A program made the translations under genes and the position numbers. The notes beneath the pieces are model-generated. The model ran no database searches. It was given only the letters and a program-made list of their open reading frames with translations, and was not told the DNA's origin. DNA of 64,000 nt from Vairimorpha necatrix (Eukaryota). Position 1 is the first letter of the stretch, and each line of letters begins with the position of its first letter. Below are positions 10,628-23,631 of the stretch, in pieces. Where the stretch lies: positions 1,054,001 to 1,118,000 of the forward strand of contig CP142730.1 in NCBI GenBank assembly GCA_036630325.1. Reading direction: 5' to 3'.

Positions 10628-11051
10628 AACGATTCCTTCAGAGGGTATTTACTTTATTTTTCTAACCCCTAAAATATAAGGCAAAACAAGAAAAGCATGC
10701 ACTAGCACTCAAATTACTACTATTATTTAATATTAAAAATACCAAATTTAAATACATAAGTCATAAAATTCAATTTTTAAATCATGTTACAAATATAATG
10801 CGCTTTTTAAATTTCAATGAAGTTTGTTTATAAAAATTAGACACACGTTTTACATTTTAAATTAAATAAGTCGAAATAATTCTAAATATATAGTCTAATT
10901 TATATCTAATAATTTAAAATTGAATTTTATACACAAATGTATTTTTATTTGGTATTTTTAAGATTTAAAGATATCAGTAATGTTTTTCCTTCCTTTTTGC
11001 ACTACATTTTGGGGTTAAAAAAATAAAGTGAACCATCTCCGGGGAGCCGTT
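10628..11051. repeat. Imperfect long inverted repeat or foldback (~170-bp arms); second copy at 22460-22882
   Basis: CTTTATTTTTCTAACCCCTAAAAT pairs with ATTTTGGGGTTAAAAAAATAAAG; TTAAAAATACCAAAT with ATTTGGTATTTTTAA; ATAAAATTCAATTTT with AAAATTGAATTTTAT. Confidence 0.7.
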
Positions 11052-11360
11052 AGAATATCTCGGCCAAAAAATAGGATTTATTATTGAATTTTTTTTACAA
11101 ATAATACAAGAATATAATATTTAAACTTCTACAAAAATTCCATACAAATAATTTATTGATTGTGTCGGTATATATTGAACATATTAACTTAGCATTTTTC
11201 TAATATCATTTCTTTTATTTGTAAGTATACAAAATTAAAAACGAATGTGAAATATACGCCAAAAAAGTTAGAAATAACAGGACTGAAGTCATATAGATTT
11301 AATTGTACAGAAATATGAGATAATAAGAAGGAATCTATTCTATAATAAATTAGAAGAATG

Positions 11361-12435
11361 GGCTAAAAACAGCTTTAGTGTAAAAAAATGGGGGGGGGGG
11401 GTCAAAATTTTTAAAAAATTGCCCCTTTTTTTTAAAAAGGAAGAGAAGAGAAAACTTCAGAAAAAAAATAAAATATAATTAAGAGATAAAAATGCATGAA
11501 AATTAAATTTAAAATAAATAAAATATATCAAAAACATAATTTTAATAATGCTTTGAAGATGTCTTTGCTCTCATTTCTTTTAATCATATATAGAACTAAA
11601 TATATTTCAGCAAGTTCATAAGTCTTACACCTATTAGGTATAGAGGCTTTTAAAAACCTCCAATTCCCTTCTATGGTGTTTGTATGCACACCTGTCTCTA
11701 AAAGTTTGACTGTGATTCACAGTCCTATGGTCCGCATAATGATTTTTTAACGTTGCATACGCCCTCCACATATCCGAATAAATTACGGATTCAAAATTTA
11801 CATGCTTAAACATGATTGGAAATAATGTATTTCTGTCTCTTTTCTTTATAATTACGAATACAATCATCTTTGCTTCGGTTCGTTCCACCATACCGAAACA
11901 CCAAAACCCCTTAACTTATCTTCCCCTATGATGCTTATTTTTTCCAATTTTACTTTCATCGATCTCCAATATAGTATTTTCACCTCCTATTTGCTTTGTT
12001 TTATTTATATATTTCTCATAAAATTTTAATTTATATAATTTTTCCAGTGTAGAAGTTACATTTTGAATGATACAGTTTAAAATTTTAGAAATATGCGCTA
12101 CTTTAAGTCCCATTGTCTATAGATTAACAATTTTCAGCATAAGAATATGATCTGTCTTACTATTTATATTTAGAGTATTATTCCATTTTTAAAATCTTTG
12201 GCCGCATTTGGGAAACTTACATCTCAGATAAGCTGTTTCATTGGATACTCTAGATGTATTCCCACCACAAATTGTACATTTTTGCTTATTTTTTTTTATT
12301 TTGTAGGTTTTCATAAAAATCTATAATTTCTTCATTGCTCAGCATTCCCTTCCTTTTTTTAGAAAAGGGCAATTTTTTAATAATTTTTACCCCCCCCCCC
12401 CCCCAATTTTTTTTACACTAAAGCTGTTTTTAGCC
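11361..12435 (-). mobile_element. Merlin (IS1016/IS1595-like) DNA transposon with a disrupted transposase
   Basis: TIRs GGCTAAAAACAGCTTTAGTGTAAAAAAA (~80 bp, imperfect). 8-bp TSD GAAGAATG/GAAGATTG. Motifs EIDESKIG, IYSDMWRAY, HRTVNHS, HTNTIEG. Empty site GAAGATTG at 23181-23188. Confidence 0.92.
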
Positions 12436-14273
12436 GAAGATTGTATTAAAAGAATTAAGATTTATGATAAATTAAATTACATTAATAAGGCAATTCTAAG
12501 AAAATTTTTTTTAGAAAATAAAATGTATAGGACTAACAAGTAAAATTTTAAATTTTTTCGTTGAAGATAATAGGAGGAAGTTTGAGAACGAGTTGAGACA
12601 AGAAGCACTTAAAGAAATAGATAAATTATTACATAAGATTCGGGGATAAGTACCCAATTCATAAATGAGTATAAACAAGAAGAATTAGAAGTATTTTATA
12701 AAAAGCTGTCCGATATTGTAAAAATACAATTTAGAAGAAGTAGTAAAAGATATTCGATAAAGCTTTACTAGAATAATTTAGGAGTGAAATATTTGTACTG
12801 GATCAGAAGACATTTTTAAGCATAAAGAATATAATATCAAACTTGAATAACAAAGAAATGATAGTAAAAATTTTAGGTATACATGATAGTCTTATAAAAA
12901 AATATTAAGTAATTTACCATGACAATATATACTCTTTAATTTTACATTGTTTTAGTGAAATTGATCATATCTTATGTGTTAAGAAAATGTGGTATTGTCT
13001 CAATTTATAGATATTTAATACAAAGCAAACAAAATAAAATTAAATATTGAAAATAATGTTAAAAAACTTTATAAATTTCTTCCTATATAAATTTGATAAT
13101 ATTAGTTTAAGTTTTACTTCTGCGATTAAAGTTAAAATTGCTCGTTTTAAAATCTTATATGTACTTCTTTTTTAAAATTATTTTCATGAGCATAAATTTA
13201 AGGCTTCTGATATCTTTATATGTCTAATGCTAGAAATGCATGAATAAAAATGTTGATTATGAATGCATTCAAGCAAATGAAAATTTTTAATATACTAACC
13301 AAATATTAATTTGCAAGACAGGCCGCATCATACATTAAATAGTATAAGAAAAGGATATTACATTTACTATGGTTTAATAAGGGTATCTACATAAAATATT
13401 GTTTAGAATGAATATGAAAATAATATAAATCTCAAAACATCAACCAATAAACTGATCTGAACTAATTGAAAAAAAGTGCATGCAAATGACTCTCGTAAAG
13501 TATTAAAATATGTATGCTCATCTTAAATTCATTACTCAATTTGATATGATCCTCTGTATTAATATCAACCCTCAGTTTACAAATACTAATATATTAAATT
13601 TGGTGAACTTCTAAATCTAAAACTAAGGAGCGTTTTTTGTGATTGTCACGTTATGTATGTCTAAGGTCTTTTGAAATATAGTCTGATGCAGCAGATTGAT
13701 AAAAAACTGTATAAAATACATTATCGGAGAATTATATGTAATAAAGTCTTAAATTTATGTTAACTATATAATTCAAAACATATTTAGATCTTTAATCCCT
13801 ATATATAGATTAAAAAATTTTTTAAATTTCACTGACGTTAAGAGATTAGTTCTCAAACTCGAAAAAATTAAAATGCCATTAAATTCCTTTTAAGTTATTT
13901 ACACTATCTAAATATATTAAATTAACTATTTATTAAGAACTTTTGAAATTTACTTTGTAAAATATTTTAAAAAAGCATATACAAGACATATGAAACCGTC
14001 TTTGAGATATTAATTTTATAACTTCAAAAAATTGATAACTTCGATGTCTTCGAATTCGTAAATATATTTATCTTTTAAACACATATCACACGAATTATTT
14101 AAAATCCCTTTCTTAAAAGATATTATAACACATAAATATAAATTATGTATTTGTATTCAGACTGCGTTAGATATATAAAATCGTTTCATAGACATTATCT
14201 GTTTCTAATCTATTGATAAACAAAGAATTTATTATCGTATTTATTGAAAACTTCTTTTTATAACATCTTTTTA

Positions 14274-15842
14274 CAGTCCATTTCATTTTTATAGACACCT
14301 TGTTATAAAATTTATAGACTCCTCATTTTATTAAAGACACCTTGTTATAAAATTTATAGACACCTTATTTCATTTGTATAGAACCCTCATTCATTATTAT
14401 AGAACCCTTGTTCTAAAATTTATTTTACTTTCCATTAAAATTTTTAACCCTTAAAATATGAGAAACCTAAATGTCAGAGAAGAACTTGAGGAATATCGTA
14501 CAGAAGAATCATTTGTCGAGATAGAAGTTGAAATGCAGTCTTCTACCCCAAGAAAACCCAGGAAGATGATTACCAGGTCGATAATCGAAAGTTTTCTTTC
14601 GTTACTCGACACTGGTATGAAACTTATTGATATGGAAGTTGCTTTAAATCTCAGCAAGTCTAGCCTCACACGCCTATATAAAAGATATCTTACAGGAGAT
14701 TTTACCAACCTTTCAACTTTTAAAACGGCAGGACAAAAAAAGAGTGAATTTTTAAAAGATATTTCTATGGTTTCAATTATTATTGCAACGGAAATAGCCC
14801 CGAATCCTCGTCTAGGTCTTTATAATTTATCCGATAAATTGCAAAATGTAAATTCCACGGGACATTACTAAAAGTCAACTGTTTGCAGACTTGTTAAAAA
14901 ATTGGGGTATAGTTCTAAAACCCCGACCTTGATTCCACTAGGTAGTAACAGTCCTCAGAACAAGCTGTTAAGGTCTCAATATGCGAGAGTAATAAATATC
15001 ATATTAAATGATAATTTAATATTTCTCGATGAAACTGGTTTAAATCTGCACCTTAATACTTTTGGTTATTCTTTAAGAAATACTAAGTGTTGTGTAACGG
15101 TCCCGAATTCTGAAGGGACTAATGTTTCGTTAATGTGTGCTATAAGCGTTAATGGATTATATGAGCATAAAACTAAAGTCGGAAGTTTTAAATCTACAGA
15201 TTGTCGAATTCATTAACAACTATTTACCTATTTGTGAGCAAGGGGAAAACAGAATTTTAATATTGGATAACGCATCTATACACAGAACATCCGAAGTAGC
15301 TGCTGCATTTAGAAACAAAGGATACAGTCTAAAACTTCTCCCTCCATATTCTCCACAACTAAACTCCATCGAGAAGTTTTTTAACAGTTTCAAGTCCAGA
15401 GTAAAACAGAGACCTAGACCAACAACCACTCCTTTGTTAATTGATTGTATTGAGGGCGTGTTGAACACAGAAGTATTCGTCATGGATGGTTACTTTTCTC
15501 ATATGAGAGAATTTATCGAGAAAGCTCTTGTCAATACGGATTTTTTCTGAATTAATGAAATTAAAAAATTTAATTTAAAATTTCTAGGATGTTTTCATTG
15601 TTTGGCATGTAAATATTGATGTTTATATCTTTATCATTGTCTCTTCTTCGCGATTCAACTATATAAATAAATTATGAAAAAAATAAAAATAAATTATATA
15701 ACAAGGTGTCTATAAATTTTATAACAAGGTGTCTATAAATTTTATAACAAGGTGTCTATAAAAATAAAATGAGTTGTCTATAAAAATGAAACAAGGTTTC
15801 TATAATTATAAAACAAGGTGTCTATAAAAATGAAATGGACTG
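14274..15842 (+). mobile_element. Tc1/IS630-family DNA transposon copy 2 (full length)
   Basis: 31-bp perfect TIRs CAGTCCATTTCATTTTTATAGACACCTTGTT, TA on both sides, subterminal repeat arrays. Confidence 0.95.
14458..15550 (+). pseudogene. DD34E transposase with one in-frame stop (14869-14871) and a frameshift near 15200
   Basis: HTH-like N-terminus; FLDETG; LDNASIH with 34 residues between D and E (YSPQLNSIE); AACCCTT upstream of the ATG. Confidence 0.9.
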
Positions 15843-17386
15843 TATATCCTATTCTTCTCTTTAGTTGTATTGTTTTTTGTAACATATTTATCATTTAAAA
15901 ATTCAAATAAAAACTTTAATTAATAGTCCTCTTTTTACAACAGCAATTGCAAAATGTAAAAAATAAACACAAAGTTCGATGATTTACTCAAAAATTTTTA
16001 TATTAATACAATAATAAAAGTTTGATTGTAAAGTGAATATTTATATATTTAGTACCACGTACCCCTATACTGCTAGTGATGACGCTCTACAATGTTGTAG
16101 AATAATTATTTTAATTTAATTGTCTCTATTTTCTTTTACACCTCTTGTGTTTATCTCTCATTATCTCTTCTTTTGTATCTTTTTTATGAAAAAAATTTCT
16201 AAATTTTCTAAAAAATTGACACATCTTAGAAAAACAGTCCATAGTATTTGTAAGAATCATATGTATCATTGTTAAAAATTGTACGCAATAAAAAATGTAA
16301 AATCATAATCTATAAATTTATTAAAATATGTTGTAATAAAAAAACTTCGGAGTTCGAGTAGAAAAAGATCATAAAAAGTGTTGCTTTCGTTTTCTACATA
16401 ACAATGAAGCACTAAAATTTATAAGTTAGGCAGACAAAAATATTCGACTATTTCTACATTGAAAAAAAGATATTATGAAATAGCTAAAAATTAAAATTTA
16501 CAGTATATTTTTAATGTCGCTATAATTATTAAGTATTTTTTATAATTTTAATTTTGTAAAATATTCAAAATGTTTACCTATTATATACGAAATTTGCTTT
16601 AAAGATCTTTAAATTTTACAATAAATGTTAAAATGCAATACGGGTCTTAGATAGAACACATATTTCACACTCTAAAATCAATGCTCTAAGAAAGGAAAAT
16701 TTTACATATATTATGTCTAATTGTTGCAACATAAAATTAAAATTTTGTATCTAACAATATAGTTATTATATCTTTTAAATTATAGGTTCAAATGGTTTTG
16801 TCTTGATCTTGCTCCTCCTTTTTGCCTTAATTTTATATGTTAATGAGAAAACCAAAACTCTTTTGGAAGTGTTTGCTACTTTCTACCAAAAACTATAAGT
16901 ATTTGATCGCAAAAAATCAACCATAATTGGTTTCTATGCAAATTGTTTTAACGTGCCAGGAAATGTACATTTTCTTTTTTATGAACATCTTTCGGGGTAT
17001 ATCTAAATATTACTGTTTCGAATTTGTCTCTACACAATAATCTTGAAAATTTATAAACATACCAGTTAAAAGTTAAGTGTTAATTACTCACGATACACTT
17101 CTTGTAGTAATTTGCTTGCATACTTTTTAGAAAATATTTATATAAAAAAATTGACAAAAGTTTCAAAATATGTGTAAACACATAATATCATCATAATTCT
17201 TTGTACGTCGAAAAATGTCAAACGTCTCAGTTGATTTTGTATCAATGTCAAAAATCATTGTTTTTGAAAAATTTGGCGATCGGCCTAGATTTACCGCATA
17301 GCGCCTAATTTTTCAATACAACAGTTTTTTTTTCTCTAAATTTTTTTTGTATAATTTATATAAAAAAATTCTAGTTAGCCCATAAA

Positions 17387-18439
17387 ATGTTTTTAATATT
17401 AGATTTAGTATATTGTGCTAATTTAAATCTAGATGCGCACTTAGAATGTTCAATTTACAAAAATAGTAATGATACTTTTAATACATCTACTCAAGAAAAG
17501 TTTGAACATGAATCACATGCAGAAATTTTTAAACAAAATTCAAATATTGATGGTTTTAATTATGAATCTGCTAATGATTTATATGGTATTACTAATTTTA
17601 TAGTTGAAAGCTTTACTAATTTTGATATAAACAATGACTATCAAGATTTAAATTCTTTAAAGGAAGAAATGGGGAGTACGTATTTAGGTAAAGACTATAA
17701 CGATTTCATGGAAATTGACGATATAAATATTATAACAATTGAGTCTCAAGATGAATATACAAAATCTTCTCAAACAACGGATCAAGTAGGGGACATCCCG
17801 CAAAACACCAAAAGTTCAACCCCCGAAAGCTCTTGTTATTTTTTTACAGTAAAGGAAAGATTATTTCAGTGTGAGGAAAAAATCAAAACAATTCTTAATA
17901 AAGGAAACTTGGAAAAAATTATATTAGAGAAAAAAAATCAAAATGGGATAAACGAAAAAATGATCGATAAAGAGATTATGAAATCCTATAATAAAAAATT
18001 AACAAAAACCAGATTGCATAATCGTAAACTAAACGTTAAAAATTTACGAGCTTATGAAAAAGTATTAAGTGAACCATGGATACCTACAGATATAAAGAAC
18101 ATAATAACTGATTTTATAAGAATTTTCAACTTATTTATAGAAATTTTTAATATTAAGGCAAGAATGCCCAAACTGAATGTAGGATCAGTTGAATCCAGAA
18201 TCAATATCCAAAATTTCAACATCAAAATTTTTTCCCAATATAAAAACATACCAATTTTAGAAACTCTAAACTTGTTGGTAAGCAAATTAGAAACATATAA
18301 ATACGAAAATATATTAATTAAACATAATATACGAAGGCTTATAACTAGAATTAAAACGAAATTAACAACCTTGATCCTACGCTATAACAAAACTATAAAC
18401 ATTCTTGAAGAGTTGAATCAATTATACTACAACCAATAA
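17387..18439 (+). CDS. Unknown 350-aa protein, possibly secreted (paralog B)
   Basis: Paralog of 5540-6589; about 43 amino acid differences by manual count. Confidence 0.85.
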   Translation: MFLILDLVYCANLNLDAHLECSIYKNSNDTFNTSTQEKFEHESHAEIFKQNSNIDGFNYESANDLYGITNFIVESFTNFDINNDYQDLNSLKEEMGSTYLGKDYNDFMEIDDINIITIESQDEYTKSSQTTDQVGDIPQNTKSSTPESSCYFFTVKERLFQCEEKIKTILNKGNLEKIILEKKNQNGINEKMIDKEIMKSYNKKLTKTRLHNRKLNVKNLRAYEKVLSEPWIPTDIKNIITDFIRIFNLFIEIFNIKARMPKLNVGSVESRINIQNFNIKIFSQYKNIPILETLNLLVSKLETYKYENILIKHNIRRLITRIKTKLTTLILRYNKTINILEELNQLYYNQ

Positions 18440-20759
18440 ACTATTTAAATGCGTTTTCTATATTATGTTCTAGTTAAAAATGGCACTTTGCGTAGACTAT
18501 TCTATATATTTCTGCAATAATTTTTACGAGATAATTCAATGAGTAAAAATTTAACTTACGATTTCATCGCATTGAGATAATGGAATGCCGTATAAACATG
18601 ATAAATGAAATTAGATGTATTTATTTGTTCAGTGTAATACTTGATCAATCTACACATAGTAAAAGTACTCTATTTGAAATTAATAAATTTCATCCTTTGA
18701 TCTGCATGAAATCAATCGCGGATTATTTTGGATAAGTACAGAAACAAGCACCAAATATTACAATATAACAGCTCTTGATCATCCGACAAATAAAGAAACT
18801 TAATTTTAAATGAGGCAATTGCCTTATAAACATGCTAGAACCAAGAATACCCTTTAAAGTGCTTGGCTTTGCCAACTTATAACATAAAGATCCTGAAACT
18901 ATATTTGTAATTTCTTCGATTTTTATGTAAAATACAATAAAATTCATGATTATTAATCGTTTAAAAATTTTAGAACATAAACAGATCATAAATACACACT
19001 TAAAAGGCCGCTACAGTATTTACAAATAAATTTGCAAACGAACTATTAATAACTTTGTTGTATAATATCAATTCTTGTTTCTATATATATACAAGAAAAT
19101 GTTTTTTAATAGAAAAATATCTTAATTCTTCATACTAAAACTTTCCCGCGCATAGCTATTTAATATTTTCCTCTTCTAAAAATAAAATTACCTAATTTTA
19201 ATTATACAATTCAATCATATGTTTTTTATTAACTTGACATATAATGTAGGAACGAAAAGGATTGTTGGATATAATCCTTACAATATCGTCCAAAGCTAAA
19301 AAGTATAGATGTCTATTATATTTATGTATAGTATCTTCTACCAATACAATATTACATAGTAATGTTTTTATGTGTTTTGTTTGAAAAAAAAATTTTTACT
19401 TGTTAATTATTTTCAAATGAATATTTTTAGTAAGTCTAAATTTTCTTAATTTAAAGCCTTTGGGTGCAAAGCTTATTGCCGTATTAATTTTTTTTATTTT
19501 GACAATTGGGCTCATTATCAACTCTCTTAACAATCTTATTTTTTTTTTCTTGTCTGTTTTCGCCTTCTCTCATCTTTCAAGTTTATCCTTTAAACAATGC
19601 TTTATAGAAATTAAATAAAGGCAAATTTGTTTTCTAATTCTGTTTCTTATATAGACACTAAATTTTTTTTACTACTCTAAAAATCAATATATTAAGATTG
19701 AATTCTTTGTATATTTTCAAAAACTTAAAAAAATTCGTACTTGATTTTTTTTTCTAAAACGTGTTTGCTTTGGAGCGTAGAAAAAGTAATTTATTGCAGT
19801 AAACATACATGGGCTTACCTTTGAGCCTATATTTTCAAAGGGCATCTTCCCCGCCTTTTTAGGCTTCAATATGTGTTTTTAGCGTAAACCTTGCCGAAGT
19901 GTATCCTTAAGCATAATACATTCTTTTTTATTCTCGTACTTTGATTTATTTAATATTTAAAAGTCTTCATATGAACACTCACTGTCCATCAACTAATCTG
20001 TTATGAATCAATTTATTTTTTTAGATAAAAAGCTTTAAACGCAGTGTAATCAGTAGAAATCAAGTTTTTTATAAATAACCATTATTTAAAGCATTTAATC
20101 GACTATACAGCTAAAGTTTCTTCCTATGTGATAGTTTACTAATTTCGCATCTCTAGGTTGCCCGGATACAAATGATATCGATAGTTCTATTCAATTACAA
20201 ATTTAGTCTAATATTGCATCTAGTCCCAATGATACGTGTAAACAGTAAAAAAAAATTAGATTATAGAATGCTTACAATATGTATAGTATTAAACTCAATG
20301 TTTTTTTGTATTATTAATTGGAATTCTTCCCATATATATTGGCATTTTCCTTTATTATCTGTTTTAGAGGACTGCAGATTTCTGCACAGTACAAAAAAAA
20401 ACTTCTATGCTAGATGATAATTCCTAATTTAATAACATCCTCCGAGTTTTTAGGTCATTTGTAGTAACTAATTCCTTTTGTTCTATATTCTATTAGTCGA
20501 CTTCTATAATGTAAATTTTTTTGCCTAAAATACAAATTAATGCTTTCAATTGTTATTTTATCTTTTTTTAAACATTGAAATAGATATATTAAACGGTATC
20601 TAAAGCTTTTTGATGCTCTCTAATAGTTTTGTAGTGTACTAAAAGATCGATGACATATAAAAAGCGTGTCTATACACCTATAAATATTAACTTTATTTTT
20701 ACTTTTAAACGTGTCCTAATATTTTAAACCCGTTTAATAAGTACATATAAATAAATTCC

Positions 20760-22130
20760 ATTAGGGTATACTTATTGTAATTTATATTTTAGTTAAACAA
20801 GGATAGGTTCCGCGTTAGGGTCTCCTGCTTGTAGGTTGCTTTATGTTTCTATAGTCCTTTCCACATCGGCTTCGTCTCCACTCCTTCGGTAGTCCAGAGA
20901 AATGCTTTCTAGCGTCTTCTTTTGCAATTTGTCTGGGTATCCGCTTTTACCTTATTAGGATTCTCAAGTCTTGTGGTATAAAATTTGTGAAACTTAGTCA
21001 CTATACCGTCCTAAGTGATTACGTAGGAAATTATTTCTGTTTAAAAATCATATATTAGTCCTAATTCATCCTCGAGGATTCTATACTTTCTCAAAATAAC
21101 GTTTTCTACTTGCTGTAACACTCTTGTGATGTGACATCTATTTCGATTATTCTTTTTATCTACTACGACAATGTCTGGTTTATTATATTTGATCTTTATG
21201 TTTTTTTACTATCGTGTCTATTCTTATTTACATCTTTGTTGGCAACTATCTGTTGTACTGAGTGGTTTCTTAATTTCTTCTTATCTGCACTTTATATTTT
21301 TCACACAGTAATAGGTAGATACATTTAAAATATCAAAATGCAGTCTCGTATAATCGTGTCCTGGCATTTTTCGCACATTGTCGCTAGATGATCCACGGCC
21401 TTTGCTGATTTATTACAATAAAAGCAATTTCCAATCGATTTATTAAATATATTTCGGTCTTGTAGGGCACATAACTTAATTTCTGTCCTGGTATTCGTGC
21501 TACCTACCTCAAGCCACAGTGATGAATTGTTAATGTCGACTATTTCATATTCTAATGCCTTAAACAACTTTTTATGTTTGTTTTATTATTTATGTTGTTG
21601 TATAGGGTATTCTATTGAGCATCCGTCAGTGGTTTTTGTTCCACATCTATTAGCTTATATTTTTCCTGGACATATGCTTTAATTAGAAAAAAGTGAGTTT
21701 TCTTTTTTTTTCTGGCTTAATATAATAGCTCGTCTTCTGGGGCAGATATTGACCGATTGTTTGAGTCCGTTTTTACTTTAAGTAGCATGCTTTCACTTTT
21801 ACACACTGCACTAGTAAGTCCTTCCCGACCGCATCGCAAAGAAAGTATAGCCTTTCTTTTCATGACGGCTGTGAATGACCTATCTGTACGTTCAATGGCA
21901 TTATAATGAGTCTATCTCAGGTTCTATATCTAGTACACCAACGTAAAAATTTATAATTTAAATAGCAAATTCGAAAATTGACCTTAAGGTGTTTTTGGCG
22001 TTAAGTTTTGTACTACAAATCTAATAAGTACATAATATGTTTTTATTTTATATTTAAGGGCTGTATGTTCTCTGTATGATTGTTTAAGTTTGCCCCCAAA
22101 AGCTTCTTATAGATCTATTAGCCAAGTACT
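20760..22130 (-). pseudogene. Degenerate RLE-type non-LTR retrotransposon (duplicate of 8915-10300)
   Basis: Same motifs; the 80-aa ORF at 21325-21567 is identical to that at 9494-9736. Confidence 0.8.
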
Positions 22131-23631
22131 GGTATATAAACATAATTGTATTAATTTATCCGGGCAGTCTATAACTTTCTAAATCTACAAGATTATTGAG
22201 TTTAATTAAAAACTAGTAAATCTAAAGCTACTTTCAAACAGCAGGGCTCGCTTTTCTTCCCACGTCAATCAGACTCTATAATACATTTTTTAAGTAACAA
22301 TCTTCGTAGTTACACTTCCTCTTTCCTTTTCCAACCTTGTGAAATTATATATAGTCTTTCGACAACATTTCTCTCACATTTAAGTGTTAAATATAAGATA
22401 AAATCTTTTATTCCTTTGTTTTTCAAGTACAAATTATAAATTTCGATACCTGGATCTGAAACGATTCCTTCAGAGGGTATTTACTTTATTTTTCTAACCC
22501 CTAAAATATAAGGCAAAACAAGAAAAGCATGCACTAGCACTCAAATTACTACTATTATTTAATATTAAAAATACCAAATTTAAATACATTAGTCATAAAA
22601 TTCAATTTTTAAATCATGTTACAAATATAATGCGCTTTTAAATTTCAAAGAAGTTTGTTTATAAAAATTAGACACACGTTTTACATTTTAAATTAAATAA
22701 GTCGAAATATTTCTAAATATATAGTCTAATTTATATCTAATAATTTAAAATTGAATTTTATACACAAATGTATTTTTATTTGGTATTTTTAAGATTTAAA
22801 GATATCAGTAATGTTTTTCCTTCCTTTTTGCACTACATTTTGGGGTTAAAAAAATAAAGTGAACCATCTCCGGGGAGCCGTTAGAATATCTCGGCCAAAA
22901 AATAGGATTTATTATTGAATTTTTTTTTACAAATAATACAAGAATATAATATTTAAACTTCTACAAAAATTCCATACAAATAATTTTTTGATTGTGTCGG
23001 TATATAATGAACATATTAGCTTAGCATTTTTCTAATATTATTTCTTTTATTTGTAAGTTTACAAAATTAAAAACGAATGTGAAATAGACGCCAAAAAAGT
23101 TAGAAATAACAGGACTGAAGTCATATAGATTTAATTGAAAGAAATATGAGATAATAAAAACGATTTCTCATAATTAGCAAGAAGATTGTATTAAAAGATT
23201 TATGATAAAGTCAAATTATCATAAAAGCTTAATTCCTAATTTATACGATGATGATACAATTAGGAAATATGAGGGTAAAGAATTAAAGATAATATTTCAA
23301 ATAAGATCTGGGAGTAAGCAAACAATTTATGAACGAGAAGTAGTTTAAATTATTTGGGAATGATAAAAAGTGTCAAAGAAATGTCTAAACTTGAACCATA
23401 GAAAGAAACATTAAAGTAAAAATCTAAAGTGTTTTTAAGCCTATAAAATTATTCTTCTCTAAATTTGTAAACAATTATTCAAAATATTAAACAAAAGTAC
23501 ACATGATAAATAATATGTAATTTCTTTTAAATATGTTTACTTTTTGGATTTTTTCATTTTCTTGAGTTTATTTGTTTGCGCTTTATTTTTTTTAGCCCTT
23601 TTTCTATAAATACAATTTTTCTTGTTAACCC

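Larger units (their letters stand above)
5294..11330 (+). repeat. Segmental duplication copy A (high-identity core; weaker homology at 310-340 and ~12436-12670)
   Basis: Colinear with ~17142-23160 in the same orientation, offset about 11.84 kb. Confidence 0.95.
17142..23160 (+). repeat. Segmental duplication copy B
   Basis: Colinear with 5294-11330. Lacks the solo-LTR/Tc1/gypsy nest and the Merlin element at the flanking homologous sites. Confidence 0.95.

Noticed and set aside
12436-12850. Purine-rich stretch resembling a decayed coding region (weakly homologous to 23180-23400)
   Set aside because: No continuous frame or recognisable motif could be recovered.
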